Source of the DNA: Setoptus koraiensis
Taxonomy: Eukaryota > Animalia > Arthropoda
Direction of reading: 5' to 3'
NCBI GenBank assembly: GCA_048013815.1
Contig: CM106585.1
Location: forward strand, 14,136,001 to 14,200,000
Length of the DNA stretch: 64,000 nt
Under the pieces are notes generated by a model. It made no database searches. It was not told the origin of the DNA and was given only the letters and a program-made list of their open reading frames with translations. Of the stretch, positions 1 through 11,376 are shown piece after piece (position 1 is the first letter of the stretch; every line of letters begins with the position of its first letter). The position numbers and the translations under genes were made by a program.

Positions 1-352
1 ACAACATACAACACAAAACAAACAATGTTGTACTGTCGCAATATCATGGCCAATGTGAGCTTGGTGGGGCGCATAGGCGACTAGGCGTAGTCTTGCAATT
101 GTTGTTGCGTATAAAATCGATACTTGATACTTGATACTTGTTACACTCGCCTCGAGACTTGCCTCGAAACTTGCCACTTGGGCGTCACTGGCCATTGTTT
201 ATCGATGACCATCACGCCGGGCTGACAATGGAATTGACGCCGGCCAGCTCGCTGCAAACAGCGTCAATTCCATTGTCAGATTGCATGTTGTGATACGCTG
301 ACGATTGCAATGCCACTGGCCAGCAATATTGAAATATTGCGATTTATCAATA

Positions 353-396
353 TATCGATATATCGATATATCGATGTTTCGATACCGATATCGATG
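353..396. promoter_or_regulatory. Cluster of TATCGATA (DRE/DREF-type) palindromes
   Basis: Two perfect tandem TATCGATA at 353-360 and 361-368, then degenerate TATCGATG (369-376) and GATATCGATG (387-396). No downstream gene was identified, so function is inferred only. Confidence 0.3.
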
Positions 397-1964
397 GTTC
401 GGGATGCCCGAAGAATGAGCCTGTCGGACTCCGACGCTCGGAGAGCCTTGCCGCAACCAGCTGATATTGCGGCCGACGAGAGGCATCAATATCGAGCGGT
501 ATCGTGGCCACTTGAAGAGGGCAATATCGTGACCAATATTCACCTGTTATTATCGCCTCTTGTTTCGACTCTCGTTTCGACTGCCATTGCTGGCCGGTGC
601 AAAATGCGAGCCGGCCCGACAAACAGCCATCAGCTGCATGCAATCGATACAGCCCGCCGTTTTGATTGGCTTTTCGCGCTCGCTCTTGAAGAGTCCTTAT
701 GCCCGTCTAGCCCGGCCGCCCGACCCGCTACCCGATAGACGATTTCGCAAACGAGCCCGCAACAGGAAGAACACATAAATGCAATAATCGATTGGTTCGG
801 CGTTCGCGCTCGAACACACTCCAATGGCATGATCAACTAATGAATTTCGTCCAATGTGATCTTGTTTTTGGTGAGAATTACTTTCGTTGTGGCGCTACTT
901 TCGCTATTCACTATTCAAGCAATTAGTTGCAATGTGTTAGCCAACAACGAAAAGAGTGCTCAACAGCAAACACGACAATCCCAGCAACGAAATCTTTATC
1001 TGCCTGCCATGTATAACTTACTTCTCTAACGACCACTCACTTGTGAATCATCTGCCCATTCCGCCATAGGATCATTAACAGTAGAAACAATCCATCAAGT
1101 GGCGCCATCTAGTCCAGCCAGTTGTTCGAAGCGAACAGGTAAACCGTTAGCGTAACATCTCAAACTCAAACGCAAACCAATAATATATCAAATTGGAAAT
1201 CTAGTCCATTCGTCCAGTTCAGTAGTGGGCCTGCCAATCACTTGCCAGTGGCCACCATTAGATCCGAGCCCGAATCCAATGCCATGCTGTATGCATGTGT
1301 CAACTGACAACCGTTGTGAGAGCTACTTCCACTTATAACTTTTAAAGAATATTTACAGAGAGTAACTAATTTAAATTCATCAATCTAAGTCAACCACTGG
1401 CAACAACCAGATTCGCTTGCAATGTATCAATCACTGGCCAGTCATCACGCCGGAGCAAATGAAGTTGATTAGCCTAAATTGATGACGCCACTAATACAGT
1501 ATTAATATAGTGTGTGTGTGTGTCCTCTACGTAATAGTCGTTATTACACTAAAACAAATGTAAGAGAAAGTTTTAATGGATGACTAGCTTGATCAGCTGC
1601 AAGAAGTAATAAAATCGACAAGTTCATTTCGATTCATTTGGCTCGATCAAGATTGCATCGATCGCCCGAACGCATCGAATTGATTGCATCACTAGCCGCA
1701 ACATGCCAAGTTCATTTCAAGTTGAGCCAGCTTGTTCTTTTTGTCACCTATTGCAAGGGCAATCTAGTTTTGTCTAGATCTTTGTTGCAATACGAACGTT
1801 GTTTATTTTGTTCATTCTACTGTGATGATAAATTTCCACATAAATAGACGCCAATAATTAATAATAGTAATAATGATGGCGACCACCATTCGCGACCACT
1901 ATATCGAGATCAGATTTAGTTCAATCTGGCTCAATTTGATTCATCTTACTTGTTAGAAATCTTA

Positions 1965-2384
1965 CTATTTCTGCTCTAGCTGCACCCATTTGTAGCATGC
2001 AGACAAAATGGTCAGTTTTGCGTCCGTTCCGAAAGGTTTATTGAAGCCCTCAGCTTCTGGGCAATCCTCCATTCTTCTAATCATATCCTTGTATGTGTGC
2101 TCCAGAAGATTGCATCTATCGACAAGCTGTGCCTTCATTTTGTTCAATTCATCACTTTGCTTTAGCTCTTCTTCAATGTTGAACTCGATTACAGTTCCTT
2201 CGGCCAGTTTGCTCTCAACAGAGGCCAGTAACAGCGACAGTGGCTCCGAGGAGAATTTTTCGCTCACCACTTCCGCATAATCATCAAAATTACAAATTTT
2301 GCAATTGATTTCTGTCACATTAACAATGATAGCTATAGCTAAAATAGCCAATTGTATACGACCTGTGATGTTTTGTTTCATCAT
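1965..2384 (-). CDS. Small secreted orphan protein (139 aa)
   Basis: ATG at 2384 (the ORF-track start at 2390 is TTG). N-terminus MMKQNITGRIQLAILAIAIIVNVTEINC resembles a signal peptide, followed by a charged, helical-looking mature region with Cys residues. Single exon; no recognisable family. Confidence 0.6.
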   Translation of the reverse strand: MMKQNITGRIQLAILAIAIIVNVTEINCKICNFDDYAEVVSEKFSSEPLSLLLASVESKLAEGTVIEFNIEEELKQSDELNKMKAQLVDRCNLLEHTYKDMIRRMEDCPEAEGFNKPFGTDAKLTILSACYKWVQLEQK

Positions 2385-4412
2385 TCTCAATCTTATATAT
2401 AAAAGCAGATATAAAAGGTCAGACGATACTGTAGGGCTTGTTGCGTTGGTAAAACAGATGGATAAACAGACTGATTGGTTCGGTTGGGATAGATTATATT
2501 TCTAATGACACCAAGTATCAAGTGCTAGCTCGGCCACAAGAAAATTTCTGTTGCAAATGCACTGTTGGCGAGACACTCTCACGAAAGAGAACCACCGAAT
2601 ATGGAAATTTATGTCTGGCGACGTTCTAATAATAGAGCCTGTTTACTTTGAAAATAGGAACGAGTGTACGAAAAAATGAGCATCACTTGACAGTGTTGTG
2701 GTGACAACTTGTGACTACTATTTTTACACCTCTGATTCCATTTCACTCTCTCATTTTTGTCGCGCCACCTCGGCAGCAGATCAATCGTTTACGGCAGACA
2801 GCTCGATCAGTTAGACCATAAATGGCACCTATGACAGACTGTTCAGAATCAATGCAAACTGAACTGTTATCGATGCCTCTTTTCTCTGGCCAACATCACC
2901 TGTGCACTGTGTGTTGATATATCACAGTGGATGTGATATCACGGTAGAGAAGACAAAATAAGTCTACACTGACAGTTGTGAGCTCGACTGTCGTTGCAGT
3001 GGATGACTCGCAATTTAGCTGATGCGCACTGCAATTCGATGCGTTCGAATTGAATTCTTTCATTCTTCTCGGGCTGGCATCATTTCGATCGTTCAAATGT
3101 AAACAACATCGCTGTTGATCTCATTCATATCATCCAATCATCAGTAGCTTTGATTAATGATGATTAGCGAAAAGCGATGAAATAGACAAACTGAAATATC
3201 GTGATGAATCGACATCTTCTCAAGTGGAAGATCGTCGTCATCGATTCGACTAGACGCACACAGATTCATTAATCTGTATCAACACGACACATCAAATAGA
3301 TACCATGTGTCCTTGGCTCATTTATTAGTTCACGTTTCGTCTCAGATAATCCATAGCATGGTCTGACACGGCCGCATAGCATGCATTTACCTCAGTTGAA
3401 TCAACATAACTGAAAGAGAAAAACAGCGAGAGATGTTCGTGTTTTGAAATGGGCTTCCTCTAAATTAGATGGTCACGTTGAACGGCGATAACCACACACG
3501 CAGCTTTTTATAATTCTTAATTACATCTAACATGATCATTCAGGCATAGTTAGAAATGGGTGTGTGTGTGCAACTTAAGTTTACACATATTTATTTTTCA
3601 TTATATAATAACATTAAAAGATTGAAAAGAAGATTGACGAATGTCTCCTCATCAAATCTATTTCACATTTCATATGAAGCCACCACCGTTGGCCAAATTT
3701 ACACTGAATTGCGGTGATTCTCATCTGCAGATCTGTGTGTGATTATGGGCCTGGTTATCATGATCAAAAGATTATCGCCATTTCTTTGCGCACTGACCCC
3801 AGGCGCCGTTCGGTCACAAGAATCCGAGACATCCGCCACGTGAGCGATTTTAGGTCCGATCGATCTGCTATACTCACAAGCTTATATTCAGGCCGTTGTC
3901 GGTTGGATTTGTTTGATACACGTAGTGTGCTCGATAGAGGCTTCATCTTGATACAGTTATTATATATCGTTGTTTTGGATTTTCGCCCTCTACAGCCTCT
4001 TAATTATCTTTTCCAAATGACTCTCCTCGTTGTCGTTGCCATTATTTGCACTATCATCTTGATTATCATCTCCGGCTACTCGTTGCTGATTGGGCTGCCG
4101 TGGACCAACCACCCTAAACGAAACCATTTTTTTGCAATATTTGCGCCCTGACAGAGCCAACCCAAAACTGCTCTTGTAACCTTGCTAGTCTATTACGGCA
4201 TTTGCGGAGAACCCAGCATGCCGCAAACTTCGCAGCCTGAACATTGTATGTGACTTTAGAACGGCTAAAAAACATATTCGGCAGATGTTTGTTTTAGCCG
4301 GTTGTCAGGTGATCTTCTTATTCATGATATAACAGCGCTGACTATCGTCTGTAATACTAATGTTGAGCATCTCTTCTTCATTCACGCTTTTGCTGCAGTT
4401 CAATTCTTAGCT

Positions 4413-4486
4413 GGATTCGAAAGTTCTTTCTATCGGGATTCGAAAGTTCTTTCTATCGGGACTCGAAAGTTCTTCCCATCGGGATT
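4413..4486. repeat. 23-bp tandem repeat, about 3.2 copies (GGATTCGAAAGTTCTTTCTATCG)
   Basis: Units start at 4413, 4436, 4459 and 4482; head-to-tail with no spacers. Confidence 0.9.
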
Positions 4487-5743
4487 GCTGTGAAACACTG
4501 CTGATATCATTTCACTTGTTATCATGATGACTTGTTCGCTTTCATTTTTGCAGATAACAGATTTCGTACTATTGTTTGGGCAGATCTAACGTCAGTGCCG
4601 TTCGTTTCCTTTGTTGAATCGTTGTTGGCGAAATCATCAAATTGGACTGTAAATCAACGTCATTGTCGCCACTGGCATTATTTTTGTTCGACTGCAGATT
4701 GAATTGATTCGAGTTGTTGCTGTGTTTGTCACCGTTGTGGCAGGTATTTCGGTTACTATTTTGGTTGTTGCTGTTTTGTTTGTGATTGTCATATAAAATA
4801 CCTCATGTTGTTCGAGCTGAGCCTCCACCATTGTTGTCGCGGCTGCTCACTTCCTGTCCTTGCGGAAGATATGCTATTAGAAGTAAAGCTATTGTTCCAA
4901 TGTCACTCAGTGTTTTCCTGGTCATCACAGCCTCGATAGATGCTATTGGCGCCAATATGTCAGGATAGGGATACAAATTTAGAAAAACGTTTGTATGAGT
5001 TGTTGGAGAAACAGCAAACTTGAACAAATACAAGTTGGTGTAACAGGTTGCTAATCATGCAATAAAGCGATGAGGGCCTAGCCTGTGATTGAGCTCTCTG
5101 TTGAATTAGCTGTCGAAAATGAATAAGCGATACCTGTATTTGGATCCTACGGCCAGTAGTGCCCGATAAAATGGTAATTGTTGCTACAACGATTGGCGAA
5201 TGGGCGTGTGATTGCTTGTAATTTGATTTGTTGCATTTAATTGTGCGTCTAAATTGTTGTAGTTGCTTAACTGAGAAGATTCTCTGTAATTTGTAGTTGT
5301 TGTTGTTGTTGTTATGTTGTGTCTCTGATACTGGACTGTTGTTGTTGATAGGATTGTGTCTGGGTTTGAGCTCATTTTGAGGTGTGCATCGGCTCGTTTG
5401 CAATTGTGTGCAGGAAGGGCGCGGCAAGCTGAAGTTGGGTAGCAGTTGAAAACTACTTTTGATCTAGGAACGGGATTTATTTCGTTGCTGATGATCAACG
5501 AACGAGCGTCCGACAATTATTCGTTGACACAATAATTGTGATTGATAATTTGTGATGCCAACAAACAGGGATTGTCTCTTGATGGTGAGCGCATGTTTCC
5601 GCCAGCAACGAATTGTTGCTTGCGTAATTAAGTTGCATTCAAAGGTTGTTAGTTGAGCCACTACTGTTGCCAAAGCTACATGTAGTGCCATGCAATGTCC
5701 GGCGATTGTCTTGAGCTGTGTTTTGAACTGTCGGATATTCGTT

Positions 5744-6304
5744 CTACCGGGTCATGTCTTGTGCATATCGGCGAGCTGACAAATATATGTTTCCTTGTGG
5801 GTCGAATCGTCTTATTTTGCAGGATGTAGTAGCGCCCAGAAAAACAAGGTCTCGTCGGACGTATCCAGCAGCACTTTGTGGGTCGTGTGCATTTATTCTG
5901 ATGTCACCTTCGATGGCCAGGTGAAAAAGTTTGCTGCTGCTGGCTGCCTGTTTGGCCATTGTTCTCTGGCCAGTCAAATGGATACGATGGCGACCATCAA
6001 ATTTGCATATTTGGGCTTCATTTGTTGGAACGGGTTTTGTTTTCGGCGACGCATCGCTGATAATTGATAGTTGATACTCGTTGCTACAATTGGTTGTAAA
6101 ATTGCTGAAATTGATAAAATTATTGTCACGTTTGAGCTGGTGGTTGGAGGCGCTGACTCGTTGAACGTGCAACGAGCAAGCAGCATTTAGCACGGCCAGA
6201 GCAGCGGCCGTGAGTAGCACATCCGTAACTTGTATCATTTTGGTGGCGTGGTGGCTGGTGTTGGGGTGCTGCAACAACGGGGTTTTTCTACTGACGACAC
6301 TCAA
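5744..6304 (-). CDS. Possible first exon or fragment of an uncharacterised secreted protein
   Basis: 186-codon ORF with a signal-peptide-like segment (MIQVTDVLLTAAALAVLNAACS). Downstream minus-strand ORF fragments (to about 3950) are Asn/Thr/Gln-rich but broken by stops; exon structure unresolved. Confidence 0.3.
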   Translation of the reverse strand: MSVVSRKTPLLQHPNTSHHATKMIQVTDVLLTAAALAVLNAACSLHVQRVSASNHQLKRDNNFINFSNFTTNCSNEYQLSIISDASPKTKPVPTNEAQICKFDGRHRIHLTGQRTMAKQAASSSKLFHLAIEGDIRINAHDPQSAAGYVRRDLVFLGATTSCKIRRFDPQGNIYLSARRYAQDMTR

Positions 6305-6532
6305 ACGGTAAAGTCCCTTTTGTGTCCCGTCTCGTATTCCCCTGCAATTGATCTGACTGTAAACTACAGTCTGTAGTTGCTGATAATCACAGTCTGATTG
6401 CTTCCTCTATTTGGTTCTGTATTGTCAGCTGATTGTATCGGCGAAAATTGATTTGCAAGCGACGATTTATTGACAATGGCTTTTGTCACGTTTTGCAGGC
6501 TGTTGCAAAATCAATATTTATTCTATTCTATC

Positions 6533-6571
6533 TCTAATTATCTTCTAATTATCTTCTAATTATCTTCTAAT
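6533..6571. repeat. 11-bp tandem repeat (TCTAATTATCT) x3.5
   Basis: Read directly from the sequence. Confidence 0.85.
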
Positions 6572-8244
6572 GAGTGCAACAAGCACCAATCAACAAGTAC
6601 TGGCTGGATCTATTATCTATTTATGCACACATTTGCAATTGGTCAACACACTCACACAGCAAAAAAAAGGATGCCTGTGTGAGCCTCGGGATATATATCG
6701 GGATATATGCACGCCAAACAGCACGTGATACGACGCTGATGACCAGTCAATAATGAAATGAGATAATGTTGCAATCATCACTGTTCACATACGACAGCAA
6801 CGTTTGCATGCCTCACAACTTGTCAAATCGAAAACTGAAAACCATGCCGCCAGTACACCAACCAATGTCAATTGCAATGCAAATATTATATAAATATTTT
6901 GTCTATTTTCTTTCGATCATATCAACGCCGGCTACTAATATCCACCGTCCAAATATTTAGTAAAGAGAGTGTACTACTGACGTAATCGCATGTTCGACAC
7001 TGTTCAACGGTAGCCTCAAGTGTTCACTAAACTATTTTGTATCGCCATAGAATACTAAAATTTCACACGACACATACAAATGTGCAATTTAGCATACTGT
7101 TCAGTTAGTAAGCAAACTATGGCCAACTGGAGGATCGAGGTCCTATCACCATTTAATCAGTAGTCAAGTGGAAAAATAGACAATGACAAATATACCAACT
7201 AGCAATTGATTCAAATAAGTATACATCTTACAGCCAGCTCATTGTGTGTAACCAGCAACAATCATTATTTGCATAAAGTACTCGCAAATTATAGTTGAAC
7301 TCTCAATACAATGACATAAGTGATATAAAATGATAATGTTGCTCACTAGGCAACGTTGTGAGTCTAAAATAACTACAGGTTATTCGCCTTACCACACAAC
7401 AACAATTGAAAATCTGTTATGCCCAAAAGGGAAGCGGCTTTTTTATGGATTTTCTGCAAATTAGATGCAAATGATACAACTCCATCAAAATGTTCATTGA
7501 GATTAGCTCTCTTTGTGCGCAATAACAAAGGCAATAGACTTGGCAAAGTATGCTGACTCATAAATCATGAACAGACTGTCAATATCAAATTGAGTCCCCT
7601 CGTATCCATGTGTCTTGTTTATGTCTTGCCAGGTTATAGTCAAATGAATTCATCAAGACAGAACAAGTTCACTCACAAGTCGCAAATGATGCAAGAGTTT
7701 TGGTTCGTATTCATTGGTTCATTAATCAATTAATCGAGAGGCAGGTGAAATTGGTCGCAACATTACAGTGAAACACCTTGTACTACTACTCAATAACACT
7801 TTGGATTGGGACTTGTTTCTGTCGAAATAATGCCTGGCTATTCTAGTAGATGATATCTACTAGATTCTCGTGTATTTCACTTTGCGTGCACTAATGTTAC
7901 CCGATTCCAGTGAGTTCAACTATTGTTGCTTTGTTGCAACTATTCATTTTATGTTTTGCAAGTGACCCATTGTGACGTCATGTGCCCAACAAATACAACA
8001 ACAACAAAAACATAGAGTTTATTGCACTGCGAGGCCCAATGACGGACGGAAAGCTATCCATAGCAGTTGCTGATTTTAATTTTTCAACAAATTAAGCGAA
8101 ACTTTTAATAGTTGCGGGCCAATTGCACAGCAATGAGTTCACAGGTAGTAGGTGAAAGTTTGAGAGTTTAGTTTACATGTTATGAGAGATCGCTCTTCCT
8201 GAAAGGACGTGATAAATTATATTCACATCATGATTGCACGGTGA

Positions 8245-11200
8245 TTAAGTTCGGCTGCCAACGTAGATGATGTTAGAATGACTGTCGTGATTATTGGTCA
8301 CATGACTAGTGGTGATTGTTGGATTTTTGTTACAATCGTATATTATACTATCGGTAGAATTACAAATACTTGTGTCATTGCTGTTTCCATCATAATTTTC
8401 ATCATCTTCATTATCCAGATTAGCGCCTAGGCATACTAGCAGGCAACCAAATGCTGACTTACAAATCTCAACGACAAACACCGAAAAACAGCCCAGTCCG
8501 GCCAATAGCAACATGAAACTGGAACTCATGATTAAAAACGGATAATATTGTTGTTGGTGATAATGATATTCATCTATGGCACTAACATTAACGGGTTGAT
8601 CCAATTTGATGATGCTGCTGCCGCTGTTATTTGGTGCCAAAATTCCACTTGAGGAGTGATAATCATCAATTACGTTCAATAATGATGATGATGGATGATT
8701 GGTGTCGTTAATGTTGGGCGAATCTCCACTAACTGTCATGTTGGCAATTGTTATCAGATTATTATTATAAGTTGTCTCGTTAGTTGCATCGGAAACATTG
8801 ATACCATCCAAGCTGAATAGATGCAACATATGCAGTATCTCTATAGTCAGTATTAAAAATAAACCAGTGAAAAACATTGTTAAACAGTATGGTAATGTTA
8901 TTGATTGCTCTTGGCAACTATGCAAAGATGCTGTTGTGTCTTCTCTGATGGTATTTGACTTTGCTTCATCTTTCGATTTATCCCTCGAAGGCGGCAATAT
9001 TGATCGATCTATGCGACATTGCTGGGCCTGTTGCCGATGTTCATTGATTGAGGCATTCTCAAAAGAGCTCGCTTGACTGTCGCTATCCTTGTCGAAATCA
9101 AACTTGGAGCAATTGGTGAAACTGGCTACAATAACACTGTTTGTTTCAATCATTAAGTCAAACAATAAATTGTTGATGACATAGTGTATTATAGCCACAC
9201 TTAAAAAAGTTTTGCTGAATAAATCCAATACTTTGTCTTCTGATATCACATAGAATGAGTATGACATTATTAGGCATAAGAGGCCAGCTAAATTTAATCT
9301 TGATATGAATTCAATTCGACAAAATACCAATTGAAACACCAGCACTCCGATAATCTCGCCCACGGACCACAAAGTAACCGGACTCAGAATTATGTCACAT
9401 ATATCTAGCGGTGCTATCATGTAAGAGGACACTATATCTACGCTTATCAGTAATAGTGTCAGACAGGTGATTGTGGTCGCAAATTGCAGTAGGCACATCA
9501 AGTAAAATCGATAGCATTTAAGCAATTGCGCAATCATGGTCAGTATAGATTTAATTGGCTCGGTTTGTATTGAGTTATCAGTTTCGTGGCTGCCTATGTC
9601 GTCCGTATCTTGATGACGATCGCATTCATCGATGGATATGAGGTTAGGATGCAAAATAATACTGTCTGATTCGTTTCTTGTAATATGCATTTGTTGTGAT
9701 ATTGTAACTGGTACAGGACATGGGTTTAGGGACACACTGTCGGCCATTAATAGACTGGGCTGTTTCACTAATGCTTGCTTATGATAGCAGTTGACTAAAC
9801 TAAGTGGAACGTTCTTTGGTATATCATCGCCCATATCCAAAGAGTTGTGCATTGCCTCATCGGCTTGACTAGAATTGTGAATCACATGCGAATCCGCAGT
9901 CGATTCACAACTAGTCTGCTGAGATCTTCTAAGTATAAAACGATTTCTCAAGGCTCGCCTCTCGTAAGAATTCATCGATTCACCCTGTCGACACGATGAC
10001 AACTCGGCCAAGCTACCTGATTGAGGTCCCGGGGTTGCGTTTGGACTGGACACAACGCTGGACATTCTAAACTCTTGCTCTAACTCTATCCTTACCCTCT
10101 CGAAATCTGTCGATCTTAGAGTCTCCGATCTATGATAATAGTTGGGCTGTTTAGTAGCTTTCGTTATTGTTAAGAAGGTTGATGTTGCGGCTTTGTTGCC
10201 CTGTAGCTGATCATTCTGCATCATATTTCCAGGGTTGAATGTTTGTGCCAACGATGCCAGATTGGGTAGGATTTTTTTCATGAGGCATTTCAAAAAGTTT
10301 TTCACTTTCTCGCCTAGACCCTTCAATAAAACGAAGAGTGGCATACCTGAGTAATCTATTCCTTGAAGACTTGCACCGGGACCAAAGATGGCTATTGATT
10401 TCCATTTCGCGAGGGCTTCGCTGTATGAATCATCACAGTCCTGATCGTGGTCAGTAATTTTGATTGACACTCCTTCATCGTGCTGGTTCGTGAAGGAGAC
10501 CACTGCACTTGCCGTAAGAGACAACAGATGTATAAATGCTGACGTGATGAAATATGTTTCGAGACAAAACTGATTGGCAATATTAAATAGAATGGGCTCC
10601 ATTACGGCCAAGCCAACTGATGGGCCCAAAGTTATCAGTAGGAATGCAAATCGTTTGAATGTGGCAAAATTGTCGTCTATCATCCTCATCACTATAATGG
10701 TTGTCATCGACATGGACACTCCTTGAGCTAGGCCGAGTGTTACCAAATCAATTAGAAAATTTCTCTCGTTAATTTGCGACGCTAGAATAAAGCCAACAAA
10801 AGATACAAATTGACTTGAGACAAGCAATGATTTTGCATTCATTTTTGGCACAATCACTATGGCCATTATTCCAATAGTTGTATAATGAATGACATACGGC
10901 ATCAACATTATCCATGCCATCTGATAGTTACTGTAGTTGGAAGATTTGAGCAGTTCCTCATGAAGCAGAGGATATAATTTGACTGTTGACAGACTCAGAA
11001 GCGACACCATGAACAATATTGCAAACCTGAGCCATATTGACATAATGTTGCATCTGCCATCGCTACATTCGTGCGACGAAGAGGCGCCATCGAGATCAAT
11101 TTTGACCTGGTCGCCATTTTGTCCCTTTTTCAATTTTTGCAACTTGCCATTGATGTCCCGATGACCAGCGGATATGTTTTGCTGCTGTTGTGTTTTTGCA

Positions 11201-11376
11201 CAAATGGACAGATTGTTGGCGTCCACTTTGCTCAAGCTGTCCGATACAGATGCACTGCGACTGTTCTTGATTTCCTCCAGCACGTAAGCTAGGGGATCGT
11301 CGGTGGACTCCTTCTCTAGGGTGGCATCTTCGGCGATGGCCACAATGTCATCTGAAATATTTGCATTTGCCATCAT
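8245..11376 (-). CDS. Divergent monocarboxylate-transporter-like (SLC16/MCT, MFS) protein, 1043 aa, intronless
   Basis: Two hydrophobic TM clusters separated by a long polar cytoplasmic loop. N-half pattern (LYPLLHEEL...QMAWI; LGLAQGVSMS...DDNFATFKRFAFLLITLGPSVGLAVMEPIL) parallels the MCT pattern (FGVLF.EL...AWI; GLG...YF.KRR.LA.GI...G..VG...PPL). Confidence 0.72.
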   Translation of the reverse strand: MMANANISDDIVAIAEDATLEKESTDDPLAYVLEEIKNSRSASVSDSLSKVDANNLSICAKTQQQQNISAGHRDINGKLQKLKKGQNGDQVKIDLDGASSSHECSDGRCNIMSIWLRFAILFMVSLLSLSTVKLYPLLHEELLKSSNYSNYQMAWIMLMPYVIHYTTIGIMAIVIVPKMNAKSLLVSSQFVSFVGFILASQINERNFLIDLVTLGLAQGVSMSMTTIIVMRMIDDNFATFKRFAFLLITLGPSVGLAVMEPILFNIANQFCLETYFITSAFIHLLSLTASAVVSFTNQHDEGVSIKITDHDQDCDDSYSEALAKWKSIAIFGPGASLQGIDYSGMPLFVLLKGLGEKVKNFLKCLMKKILPNLASLAQTFNPGNMMQNDQLQGNKAATSTFLTITKATKQPNYYHRSETLRSTDFERVRIELEQEFRMSSVVSSPNATPGPQSGSLAELSSCRQGESMNSYERRALRNRFILRRSQQTSCESTADSHVIHNSSQADEAMHNSLDMGDDIPKNVPLSLVNCYHKQALVKQPSLLMADSVSLNPCPVPVTISQQMHITRNESDSIILHPNLISIDECDRHQDTDDIGSHETDNSIQTEPIKSILTMIAQLLKCYRFYLMCLLQFATTITCLTLLLISVDIVSSYMIAPLDICDIILSPVTLWSVGEIIGVLVFQLVFCRIEFISRLNLAGLLCLIMSYSFYVISEDKVLDLFSKTFLSVAIIHYVINNLLFDLMIETNSVIVASFTNCSKFDFDKDSDSQASSFENASINEHRQQAQQCRIDRSILPPSRDKSKDEAKSNTIREDTTASLHSCQEQSITLPYCLTMFFTGLFLILTIEILHMLHLFSLDGINVSDATNETTYNNNLITIANMTVSGDSPNINDTNHPSSSLLNVIDDYHSSSGILAPNNSGSSIIKLDQPVNVSAIDEYHYHQQQYYPFLIMSSSFMLLLAGLGCFSVFVVEICKSAFGCLLVCLGANLDNEDDENYDGNSNDTSICNSTDSIIYDCNKNPTITTSHVTNNHDSHSNIIYVGSRT

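Noticed and set aside
4413-4486. 23-bp repeats as a possible CRISPR array
   Set aside because: The units are contiguous with no spacers, there are no cas genes, and the context is eukaryotic.
7373-7561. 62-aa minus-strand ORF with a faint ubiquitin-like pattern (LGITDFQLLLCGK)
   Set aside because: Too short and weak; no supporting exon structure found.
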